Below, one piece after another: positions 38,156 to 46,952 of a DNA stretch of 64,000 nt. The DNA is taken from contig JAHAXB010000034.1 in NCBI GenBank assembly GCA_018384735.1, positions 19,659 to 83,658 of the forward strand, in the 5' to 3' direction. Under the pieces are notes generated by a model that was not told where the DNA came from, did no database searches, and saw only the letters and a list, made by a program, of their open reading frames with translations. This DNA comes from Eubacteriales bacterium (GTDB lineage: Bacteria > Bacillota > Clostridia > Christensenellales > UBA1242). Numbering within the stretch: the first letter of the stretch is position 1; every line of letters begins with the position of its first letter. A program made the position numbers and the translations under genes.

Positions 38156-39176
38156 CTTGCTTACCTCCTATCAACAATCGTTGTTCTTTGGTTTGCGACA
38201 ACAACGCATACAAGGCAATGATTAGTTGTTTGTAATCAATGCGGTCCGGACCAACCAAGCCGATGCTAGCAACGTTTTCGCCACAGATATTGTAGTTGAA
38301 CTTGATGATGGAACTGTCCGCCAACATTTTGTCGTCAATTTCTGCACCAATCACTACGGTATCGTCGGCGTCCAAAGCTTTGCTCATGGTGGCGTCGTCG
38401 CTGACCGCCTTACTGATTTGACGGACACGGTCAATGTTGTTGTATTCAGGAATCTCCAACAATTTAATCGTGTTCAAGTTGCGGTCAATGTTGGTATCAA
38501 TAAATTTTTCCAGTTGTTTACTGATACCTTGGCACAGTTCATCAAAGAACGCCAATTCTTGGCTGATGTTTTTGGCAATGCTGGTTAAGTTTTCCAACAT
38601 TTCGCGCAAAGTCATACCACGCACTTTGGTGTTCAACGCCGCACTGGCATCTTCGGCTTGTTTATCCGATAATGGTTGACTGGTATGTAAAGTACCGTTC
38701 AAGCTGCCTGCACTGGTTTTAATCAAAATCATGGTATCGCCTTCAAGCAACGGAACCAAGGTGACATTGACAATGTGCAAACCCGCAAACTTGGTCTTGA
38801 CCACAACCGGAAAGTTAAATGTTTCCGAAATCTTAGCGGTCAAGTCTTCCACAATCTTCGGCAAACTTTGCACACGTTCGGAAACATTATTGGCTGCGAA
38901 AGACAACTCGCCCGCCTTAATGTTCATCTCGCCCAAAATCCGGTTGACGTAGGCGCGATAACCCATGGTCGTTGGCACGCGTCCCCCACTGGTATGTACC
39001 TGACGCAAGTAGCCCATTTGTTCCAAAGTCTTCAAGTCGTTACGAATGGTTGCGGATGATTTCGCGAAGTCGCCACGGCTGGCCAAAGTACCCGACGCAA
39101 TCGGAGTTGCGTTGCGGATATATTCTTCCACACTAATCATCAGCAAGTTTTCTAACCTTTCCGACAATTTCGCCAT
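38139..39176 (-). CDS. hrcA: Heat-inducible transcription repressor HrcA
   Basis: 345 aa at the head of the dnaK operon. The N-terminal winged-helix region is ATIRNDLKTLEQMGYLRQVHTSGGRVPT. CIRCE-like operators lie upstream. Confidence 0.85.
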   Translation of the reverse strand: MAKLSERLENLLMISVEEYIRNATPIASGTLASRGDFAKSSATIRNDLKTLEQMGYLRQVHTSGGRVPTTMGYRAYVNRILGEMNIKAGELSFAANNVSERVQSLPKIVEDLTAKISETFNFPVVVKTKFAGLHIVNVTLVPLLEGDTMILIKTSAGSLNGTLHTSQPLSDKQAEDASAALNTKVRGMTLREMLENLTSIAKNISQELAFFDELCQGISKQLEKFIDTNIDRNLNTIKLLEIPEYNNIDRVRQISKAVSDDATMSKALDADDTVVIGAEIDDKMLADSSIIKFNYNICGENVASIGLVGPDRIDYKQLIIALYALLSQTKEQRLLIGGKQDEGKK

Positions 39177-39180
39177 ATTG

Positions 39181-39249
39181 CTAGCACTTACCTCCTTGTA
39201 CTGCTAATATTATATGCAAAAATTAGCATTGTCAACCCTTTTTTGCTAA
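39181..39249 (-). promoter_or_regulatory. hrcA promoter (TTGACA-N17-TAATAT) interleaved with two CIRCE-like operators
   Basis: Four half-sites (CTAGCA 39181-86, TGCTAA 39202-07, TTAGCA 39223-28, TGCTAA 39244-49) are each spaced by exactly 15 nt. This is the TTAGCA-N15-TGCTAA geometry of CIRCE (TTAGCACTC-N9-GAGTGCTAA). Confidence 0.6.
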
Positions 39250-39255
39250 TTTTTT

Positions 39256-40050
39256 TTAGTACAAGCCCCATTCGGCTAATTTTTCAAAACCGCCAATCTT
39301 TTGGATGTAAGCGCGGGCGACTTCCACGATTTCCGCGTAAGGTTTGCCGTCGACCGTGGCATCACCAATCGCGCAAGACAATTCCACCGGCTTACCGGTT
39401 TTTTGTGCTTGCAAGAAAGCATAAATATTGATACTGACGTCAGCTTTGGAAAGGTCCTTGCCCTGTAAGCCACCCCCTGTCACACTGTGTCCCATATCAC
39501 TACCCAACTTACGATTGGTAGCGCCGGTATCCACATCGGTACCGCCCGTCCAATCACCCAAGGGATTGACCACGACTTGGTAGCCCGCTTTTTCATAAGT
39601 GGCGCGCAATTTCGCACTGTCGGCATTGCTTTGGCAAATTACCAATTTCTTGCCGTCTAAAACATATTTACCGTCATAAGGATATTCCGCATAAATTTCG
39701 CGCGCAATCTTGGACAAGGTTTTTTCTTCCTTGGTCAAAGGTACGCCTTTGAAAATACCGTTATCGCCACAACGTAAACCTTCACTTTGGTTTTGTGCCA
39801 AGTAAGTGTCCTGTGGCACAACATTCAATTTGACTTTCAAATCGCCCGCAATGCGACGCACGATTTTTACCACATCTTTACGGCGGAATTTTACACTGGT
39901 TTCCGCAATAATGGTACACAGTCCGTGTCCCGCTAAAACTTCGACCGCAATGCGCGGGTCAGCTTGCTGTTGGTACGCTAAATCGACCAACGCCCCCGCA
40001 ATACAATCAGCAACTTTGTCCGGATGAGCCGGATTAACTTTTTCAATCAT
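39256..40050 (-). CDS. Miniaturised MetK-like protein (putative S-adenosylmethionine synthetase homolog, 264 aa)
   Basis: AHPDKVADCIAGALVD (cf. GHPDKICDQISD), CGDNGIFKG (cf. GAGDQG), and NPLGDWTGGTDVDTGATNRKLGSDMGHSVTGGGLQGKDLSKAD (cf. NPTGRFVIGGPxGDxGLTGRKIIVDTYGG..HGGGAFSGKDPSKVD). Confidence 0.6.
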   Translation of the reverse strand: MIEKVNPAHPDKVADCIAGALVDLAYQQQADPRIAVEVLAGHGLCTIIAETSVKFRRKDVVKIVRRIAGDLKVKLNVVPQDTYLAQNQSEGLRCGDNGIFKGVPLTKEEKTLSKIAREIYAEYPYDGKYVLDGKKLVICQSNADSAKLRATYEKAGYQVVVNPLGDWTGGTDVDTGATNRKLGSDMGHSVTGGGLQGKDLSKADVSINIYAFLQAQKTGKPVELSCAIGDATVDGKPYAEIVEVARAYIQKIGGFEKLAEWGLY

Positions 40051-40094
40051 TTGTGATCAATCCTTTTAATTCGGGATTTGAAATCAACCCTTAA

Positions 40095-40169
40095 TGGTCG
40101 GGGTGGCGGGAATTGAACCCACTGCCTCTTGCACCCGAAACAAGCGCGATACCGATTCGCTACACCCCG
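40095..40169 (-). tRNA. tRNA-Pro (anticodon CGG), CCA encoded
   Basis: Manual cloverleaf: CGGGGTG/CACCCCG acceptor stem, GCGA/TCGC D stem, anticodon loop TTCGGGT, GTGGG-TTCAATT-CCCGC T arm, then ACCA. 75 nt. Confidence 0.85.
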
Positions 40170-40261
40170 GTAACTATACCTTACCACAAATCGATTGACG
40201 AAGCAATAACTTTATGAAAAACTGGAAATAATTTCAATTTTGACTTGGGGGAAAATCACGA

Positions 40262-41164
40262 ATGAAACACTGGTGGAAAACTTTGGTCACCGCTTTGGTT
40301 TGCGGTTTAAGTGCAACAATTTTTGCGGCTTGCGGTAAGCAATTAAACGCTGCAACCTTGGAGAACACCATCCCACCACAACAAATTGATGAGGTTGAAA
40401 CGCCGGAAACTCCTGTCATCGATACACCGACGGAAGATACCCGACCGGACACAACCGTTTGCACACACGACCACCACGAATTGGACGAGTTAATTGAAAG
40501 CGAACCTGCCAAATGCACCCAAGATGGCTATAATGTTTACCGTTGTCATGATTGTGGTGAAACTTACCAAGTACCGAATGGCGAAAAGGCCTTAAACCAT
40601 GACCCCGTAACATTCAACACCGCAACTGCCACCGAGGGTGGTAAATTAACGACAATTTGTCAACGTTGCCGTGAAATTTTATCCGAAGAAGACTCCGCCC
40701 CATTAGGTCATAACGATGACGACGAACCCACGACGGATGACCCAACGATCGACGAACTGACAATGGATGAACCCGCAACGCCGGTTTCGCCTTTGGAAAA
40801 TTTGGACGACACTTATTGGGCAGTCGGAAAGTGCGCCATTAAGTTTGTAGGTTTTACACTAACTTCCCAAAACGATCAACAAGCTATCTACACCGGTACC
40901 TATACCAGTTTCAGATACGAAAATGGTAAAGTTTCCCAAAAACTATCCATATATAAAGGCAGTTATACCTTAACGATTCGTTACGGCACGAATACCGCTT
41001 ATTATCTGTCATTTACCGACGACAACGACGAAAACAACGCTAACAATAATTTAACTTACAAGCCTGCTACCACAGCGGGTAAAATTGTCCACCAATTCGA
41101 AGGCGACTTATTATTTAAATATAACAATTGCACTTTAATTTTTATTGAAGATGAGGTACAATAA
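40262..41164 (+). CDS. Lipoprotein of unknown function with Cys-rich zinc-ribbon-like segment
   Basis: Signal peptide with lipobox (LSATIFAAC), plus CTHDHHE...CTQDGYNVYRCHDCGETY...ICQRCREI. Confidence 0.6.
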   Translation: MKHWWKTLVTALVCGLSATIFAACGKQLNAATLENTIPPQQIDEVETPETPVIDTPTEDTRPDTTVCTHDHHELDELIESEPAKCTQDGYNVYRCHDCGETYQVPNGEKALNHDPVTFNTATATEGGKLTTICQRCREILSEEDSAPLGHNDDDEPTTDDPTIDELTMDEPATPVSPLENLDDTYWAVGKCAIKFVGFTLTSQNDQQAIYTGTYTSFRYENGKVSQKLSIYKGSYTLTIRYGTNTAYYLSFTDDNDENNANNNLTYKPATTAGKIVHQFEGDLLFKYNNCTLIFIEDEVQ

Positions 41165-41168
41165 GGTG

Positions 41169-42800
41169 ATGAACTTAAAACAAGTCTTAGAACAACAACT
41201 CCAAAAGATTGAGCCAACCGCAAATTTATCGGTCAGCGAAAAAGCGGATTTTCAGTGCAATACGGCTTTTACCTTAGCCAAACAGCAACACCAAAATCCG
41301 ATTGCGTTGGCAAACCAAATTGTCGAACAATGGAACCAACAAGCGGGTAACTTGGCCACCGCGACCGCAGTGAATGGCTTTATTAACTTTAATTTAACCG
41401 ATCAACAGTTACAAACTGTGGCGGAATACGTGACCAGTAAAAACTTGCTACCGCTGGCAACACAAAAACCGCGTACCGTATTTTTCGACTACGGCGGTGC
41501 GAATGTTGCCAAGGAATTGCACATTGGACATTTACGCTCCCCCATTATCGGCGAAGCGTTAAAACGTGTTTTTCAGGCCTTTGGACACAGCACAATTTCC
41601 GGCGCGTACTTAGGCGACTGGGGTTTACAAATGGGTTTGGTTATCGCCTCCATTATTGAACAAGGCATTGATGTACATGACGTAACCTTAGCTATGCTCG
41701 GCGAAATTTACCCCGCGGCTTCCAAACGTAAAAATGTTGACCAAGAATTTTATAACCGCGCCGCCACCATTACCGCTAAATTACAAAACATGGAAGAGCC
41801 CTATTACGGCATGTGGCAAGTTTTGCGCAACTTATCGGTCAACCAAATCAAAAAGAATTATGACAAATTGAATTGCACCTTTGATATTTACGATGGCGAA
41901 AGTTCTTACCAACCGAATGTCGACAAGATACTGAAAATTTTGCAGGACAAAAAACTGGTGGAAGCATCACAAGGTGCGTTAATTGTGAATGTGGCCAAAC
42001 CTGAAGACCAAAAACCCATGCCACCCGTAATTGTCAAAAAACAAAATGGTGGCGATTTATACGCAACCTCGGATATTGCTGCAATCTATACCCGTTATCA
42101 AAAATACCACCCCGACCAATTTATTTACTTTACGGACGCGCGCCAAAAATTACACTTTGAGCAAATTTTCCGCGTAGCCCATATGGCAGGCTTGGTTTCC
42201 GACAGTACGGAGCTGACCCATGTCGGTTACGGTACCATTAACGGCAAGGACGGTAAACCATTCAAAACTCGTGATGGTGGTACCATCAAGTTGGAAGACA
42301 TTATGGACACGGTGGCGGCCGCGACAACCGAATTTGCCGTAGGTTTGTCCGCGTTAAAATTCGCCGACCTAATCAACCAAGTTCACAAAGACTACATTTT
42401 CGATTTACAAAAATGCGTTTCCTTTGAAGGTAAAACCGGACCGTACATTTTATACACCATTGTGCGTATCAACGCGATTTTCGCGAAAGCCGGCACTTTC
42501 CACTGCAACTTTGCCAATTTGTCCCAATACATGACGGACAATATCCGCAAGGTCATTGTCAGTGTGGTTAAATTAGCCGAAGCGTACAACGTGGCATTAA
42601 ACACTTTGTCTTTGAACGCAATCACAGACGCAATTTACAATTTAGCCAACGCCTTCACCGCTTTTTATACCGAAACCAACATTATCCACGAAACCAATCC
42701 CGACAAAAAGGAATTGTATTTGTCGGTCGCCCAATTAACCAAAACAGCCCTGGAAATCGGGCTGCATACTTTGGCGATTGATACGGTCGAAAAAATGTAA
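41169..42800 (+). CDS. argS: Arginyl-tRNA synthetase
   Basis: ANVAKELHIGHLRS (HIGH), a DALR-type C-terminal domain, and a terminal ...EKM. Start taken at ATG 41169 after AAGGTG; the track start at 41145 overlaps the upstream gene. Confidence 0.85.
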   Translation: MNLKQVLEQQLQKIEPTANLSVSEKADFQCNTAFTLAKQQHQNPIALANQIVEQWNQQAGNLATATAVNGFINFNLTDQQLQTVAEYVTSKNLLPLATQKPRTVFFDYGGANVAKELHIGHLRSPIIGEALKRVFQAFGHSTISGAYLGDWGLQMGLVIASIIEQGIDVHDVTLAMLGEIYPAASKRKNVDQEFYNRAATITAKLQNMEEPYYGMWQVLRNLSVNQIKKNYDKLNCTFDIYDGESSYQPNVDKILKILQDKKLVEASQGALIVNVAKPEDQKPMPPVIVKKQNGGDLYATSDIAAIYTRYQKYHPDQFIYFTDARQKLHFEQIFRVAHMAGLVSDSTELTHVGYGTINGKDGKPFKTRDGGTIKLEDIMDTVAAATTEFAVGLSALKFADLINQVHKDYIFDLQKCVSFEGKTGPYILYTIVRINAIFAKAGTFHCNFANLSQYMTDNIRKVIVSVVKLAEAYNVALNTLSLNAITDAIYNLANAFTAFYTETNIIHETNPDKKELYLSVAQLTKTALEIGLHTLAIDTVEKM

Positions 42801-44675
42801 TTATTTTTTCAAGAAATCTTTGAATTCGCTTTTAATAATGCTAACTTGGTGGCCGGCTTTGTATTCTTTCAATTTAAGTTCACGGTACTCTGAATAGTCA
42901 CGCGCGCAAACATTATCAACAATAGTATTAAACCTAGTACGTTTACCGTACGATGTCAAGGTTGCAAACAAGGTTTTGTCATAGTTTTGGTCGACACCGG
43001 ATGCTGCGGTAAAGATGAAATCGCTGACATCACGGGTATACATGATAATGTGCAAGCCATATTCCGACCAAGTTTTATCAATCGCACCTTTGCCGTTCAC
43101 ACCATTGTTTTTTAATTTCAAACTGGTTTTGGTAAATGACTCCACCATGGTGTTATTGCTTTCGGTCGTGCTCATTAAATATTCGAATTGCGGTTTGCTG
43201 GTCGAAGAGTTCAATTGATCCAAGTTCTGCATACCCGGGTCAGTGTTATACTTGTTAATGTATTGACGGAAAATTTGATATTTTTCTTCCACAGTATTCG
43301 CATGATCCAACGCAGTTTTTACCTCACCGTAAATATTGGCGGCGGATACCCCGTTGCTGCTAACTTCGGCATAAAGTTTGTTCAATTCGTTTTCGGCGTT
43401 ATAGGATGGATCCTTTTCCGCACGTTTTTGAATCTTTTGATACTGGGTTTTCTGCTCTTCGGTAAAGCCAACCAAAATGTGACTGACCGTAAACAAGTTA
43501 TTGGCGACGTTTTGTGGAATGTAGTAAGCATCCGCCAAACCCGAACTAATTAGGCTGGATTCCAGGTTGCTGTTCGGGAATAAATCATACTGCTTAATCG
43601 CTTCTTTCACCAAAGACTTGTAATTTTCAATCGCCTTTTTAGCCATATTGGTGGCGATATCACGACCACAACCAAAGTATTGGCAATCGGCGTGTTCCGC
43701 CTGGTTAATGCCGTTAATCTTTTCACACCAAGCGTCAAAATTTTCGCCACGTCGTAAATAATCTTTCCACGCTTGTTGATAAGCTTGTGCCAAAGTGTCA
43801 GGGTCACTGATACCCAAAGTAAAGAAGCCCAAGTTATAAGCCACATTCAAACGATTAACCAAAATTGAAGTGCGGTTGGCTTTCACCATACGGTCAATTT
43901 CACGGTTCAAAACCGCACGTTCGGATGACGACAAAAATTTGAAATAATCACTCTGTTTTTCGCCATCTTGTAAATAGTCGCGCGCAGGTGTCTTTAGTTT
44001 GGTAAAGCCGCTTTCAATGGCTTGTAAGTTGCGGATAATTTTGGAAATGGCTTGACGCACATTTTTGGGCGAAGCGACACCCGGAATATTTTTCGGACTA
44101 TAATAACTGTAATCCTGAATGCGTAAAGCATAGTTATTGTCACTATCTTCGTAACTGGTCAAATTCAAAGTATAAACGCGTTCATCCCCTTCCGTGGTAA
44201 CCAAAACATTGGGAGTGTAAGGTTGGTCAACTTTATCTTCGTCACTGGCTTCTTCGGTCTCGGTTTCGGCATTATCTTCCATGCCCAAAGCTTCAAAAAT
44301 GTAAGCACGAATGGTTTTATCCATGGAAGCATATGCCTGTTTCAAAGCCAATGCTTCTTCAATGTCATCCAAAGCACCAAACTGTTCGATGGAGCGCTGT
44401 TCCATAATTTTATCGTTCAATAATGCTTCGGAAATAAATTCCAACAACTTACCACTGTCTTCAAATGAACTGGCGTATTGATAACCCCATTGGGCGTAAG
44501 CGTGATATAGTTCAGACCGTGAAACCGACAAATCCGAATTTGCCGTGGTCAAAACTTTGGTATCCGCACTATATTTCTTATCTAAATCAAGGGTAAACAA
44601 AGAGCAAGCCGAAAAACTGACCGCTACCACTAATATAAATGCAATTGCTACTAATCTCGTTCCAATTCTACGCAT
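42801..44675 (-). CDS. Lipoprotein with parvulin-type PPIase-like region (PrsA/SurA-like foldase)
   Basis: Lipobox VSFSAC and an FTVSHILVGF parvulin-like signature. 624 aa. Its stop abuts the argS stop with zero gap. Confidence 0.5.
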   Translation of the reverse strand: MRRIGTRLVAIAFILVVAVSFSACSLFTLDLDKKYSADTKVLTTANSDLSVSRSELYHAYAQWGYQYASSFEDSGKLLEFISEALLNDKIMEQRSIEQFGALDDIEEALALKQAYASMDKTIRAYIFEALGMEDNAETETEEASDEDKVDQPYTPNVLVTTEGDERVYTLNLTSYEDSDNNYALRIQDYSYYSPKNIPGVASPKNVRQAISKIIRNLQAIESGFTKLKTPARDYLQDGEKQSDYFKFLSSSERAVLNREIDRMVKANRTSILVNRLNVAYNLGFFTLGISDPDTLAQAYQQAWKDYLRRGENFDAWCEKINGINQAEHADCQYFGCGRDIATNMAKKAIENYKSLVKEAIKQYDLFPNSNLESSLISSGLADAYYIPQNVANNLFTVSHILVGFTEEQKTQYQKIQKRAEKDPSYNAENELNKLYAEVSSNGVSAANIYGEVKTALDHANTVEEKYQIFRQYINKYNTDPGMQNLDQLNSSTSKPQFEYLMSTTESNNTMVESFTKTSLKLKNNGVNGKGAIDKTWSEYGLHIIMYTRDVSDFIFTAASGVDQNYDKTLFATLTSYGKRTRFNTIVDNVCARDYSEYRELKLKEYKAGHQVSIIKSEFKDFLKK

Positions 44676-44724
44676 AAGTATTTATAATTATAAACCATAT
44701 CTGACAAAAGTTACAATCTAATTT

Positions 44725-46875
44725 TTAATTACTAGAAGTCCTTCCTATATCTTGGGCGGCAGCTTGGCGTTGGGCTTCGGCGTTTTGTTTTACAGTTTCA
44801 CGATCCGCCTGGGCAGCTTGTTCTTGCAAGAATTGTTGATATTGCGACCTCATTGCATTTTGCTGTAAATCGTTTACGACAAATTGCTCTACCAAATGCA
44901 TGGCGGTTAAAGCCATTTCATTGACATCACGCCCATTGGGGTTCGACAAGTCATGATCCATGCGACCCACAGATTGTTGATTAAAGAAACGGTCGGTCAT
45001 ACCATCTAGATCACGACCTGAAATTTTACCCGTTTGAACCAAACTATCCAGGTTAAAGAATTGGGTGGCTACAGCATGTTTCACTGCTTCTTTTTCTCCC
45101 ACGACACCCTCTTTTGCTGCTTCATTGAAAATGAAGATTGAATCCGCCATATAGTCATTCGCTTGTTTAGTTTTGTCAGCGCGAATGTTGCCGATAATCA
45201 ATTTATTGCTTTGGTTGTCTTGTTCCGCCAAGATATATTCTTCCAAGCGCGCGAAATATGCTGGGTCATTATATTGCGGTGATTGCGGATCCGGCATTTT
45301 GGTCGCTAAGACATTTTCGCCACGCATGATACGCTTTTGGAGGTAGGCCTTATATTCACGGAAATATTTTTGTCGTTCAGTTTCCTCTTCGCCATCTTGC
45401 ACTTGTTGTTCGGGAAGCGTCGTCACGGTAACCTTATCGCTTAAAATACGCGCTTTGGTTTTAGCATAAAAATCACGCGCCACATTTTCCGCTTGCACCG
45501 TATGCAGGTCCGGAATTTCTTCTTCGTTAAAATCGATTTGCACCGGATTTGCAATGGTGGATTCTTCTTCCGTAGTTTGCTTTACATCTTCCGGAGTAAA
45601 CGAATAACCCGTTTCCTTTTCAATAATACTTTGGGTTAAACCCACTGCCTGAATATCACCAAAGATACTACCCTTGCCCGAATCTAAGAAATTAACGATA
45701 CGATCGTACAAAGCCTTGTAACCACGCCACGGACCTTTTTTACCACTCTTTAAACCTTTAATTATATCATGTTCAATTACAGCACCGGTGCCAGTTTTTT
45801 CTTTAATGTGCTTACGACCTTGTTCACCAAGCACGCTGCCAATTTTATTTTCTTTTTTGGATTCGAAAAAATCAGGGTTCCTATCTTCTTGAATTTGCTG
45901 TTCGGCTGAACGCGTTTGAAAGAAAGTTACAATTTGCGTTTTTTCATTACCCGCAACGGACAAAATATCACCCAAGGTTAATTTGGTTTCCAAATCCTCA
46001 TGATTAGCAACTGGTATCCTCGCGATTTCGCAACGTTTTTTGCAGAATGCTAAACTGTCTTTTAATAAACCATCATTCGCGCGAATTTGTTGCCACAAGT
46101 TGGTGTTTTGTTTCACGCCATCGTTTAAATGGTTAGCAAGACCATATTGTTGTGCCCAAGCACGAATTTGCTCTTGTAAGCGGTATAAACGGAAATCTTC
46201 ATAGTACATACCATAGGCTTGTTTTTTATCTTTCTTCCAAGCGTCAAACTCTGCTTCATCATATTGATTACCCAGTTCACGTTGTAAGAATTGCTTAAAA
46301 TTGGCATACAAAACTTCGCCCCACATCTCATTGGCAACGGTTTTATCAGCCACACTGATTTTTTGTTCCGGCACACCTTTCATAACCGCAGTGATGACTT
46401 CATCAACAACGTTATCCAACAAAAATCCCGTGTCAATCTTGGCGTTATTACCGGAGTTCAGCAAAGGAAGGTTTCCATTCGTATCGACGCCGGCAGCGGT
46501 TAAAGCACGCAACGCCGCGTCACTACGCCTCTCATCAACGCCCAAGTTTAACAAAAGTTGTTTTACCGTTTGACGGTCTAATGCCGTGTGGCGTTGGATA
46601 TAATGATCAGCTTCTGGCGACTCGTCTGGATTATGAGGCTGCATACTTGCATCATAAGAATACTGATATACAATAGCGGCTTTAATCAAGTCGCGCAATT
46701 TACTTGCTGATAACTGCGAATTATTAAGCAATTGTTCAATTTCTTCCTCTTTCATTTCGGTGAAACTCGCTTGGTTGCCAGCAATAACTCTCTGTTCGTG
46801 ACGCACCCCGAGACTCTTCAATGCATGAACAAAATATTCTTTTACATTTACCGATTGAAAGGTTAAGTTTTCCAT
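44725..46875 (-). CDS. Large hypothetical protein (716 aa), no recognisable domain
   Basis: Intact ORF, hydrophilic, Q/E/K/N-rich, with no TM helix or signal peptide. Promoter TTGCTA-N17-TGaTATAAT ends 6 nt before the ATG. Confidence 0.6.
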   Translation of the reverse strand: MENLTFQSVNVKEYFVHALKSLGVRHEQRVIAGNQASFTEMKEEEIEQLLNNSQLSASKLRDLIKAAIVYQYSYDASMQPHNPDESPEADHYIQRHTALDRQTVKQLLLNLGVDERRSDAALRALTAAGVDTNGNLPLLNSGNNAKIDTGFLLDNVVDEVITAVMKGVPEQKISVADKTVANEMWGEVLYANFKQFLQRELGNQYDEAEFDAWKKDKKQAYGMYYEDFRLYRLQEQIRAWAQQYGLANHLNDGVKQNTNLWQQIRANDGLLKDSLAFCKKRCEIARIPVANHEDLETKLTLGDILSVAGNEKTQIVTFFQTRSAEQQIQEDRNPDFFESKKENKIGSVLGEQGRKHIKEKTGTGAVIEHDIIKGLKSGKKGPWRGYKALYDRIVNFLDSGKGSIFGDIQAVGLTQSIIEKETGYSFTPEDVKQTTEEESTIANPVQIDFNEEEIPDLHTVQAENVARDFYAKTKARILSDKVTVTTLPEQQVQDGEEETERQKYFREYKAYLQKRIMRGENVLATKMPDPQSPQYNDPAYFARLEEYILAEQDNQSNKLIIGNIRADKTKQANDYMADSIFIFNEAAKEGVVGEKEAVKHAVATQFFNLDSLVQTGKISGRDLDGMTDRFFNQQSVGRMDHDLSNPNGRDVNEMALTAMHLVEQFVVNDLQQNAMRSQYQQFLQEQAAQADRETVKQNAEAQRQAAAQDIGRTSSN

Positions 46876-46881
46876 ATTTCA

Positions 46882-46947
46882 ATTATATCAAGCACACATA
46901 ATTTTAGCAATATCAATTTGACTTTTTTGGCACAAAAATCGCATACT
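46882..46947. promoter_or_regulatory. Divergent back-to-back promoters for the 716-aa gene (minus) and dxs (plus), both in leaderless geometry
   Basis: Minus strand: TATAAT at 46887-46882, ATG 46875. Plus strand: TTGACT at 46917-46922, N18, CATACT at 46942-46947, ATG 46953. Neither has an SD. Confidence 0.5.
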
Positions 46948-46952
46948 GAATT

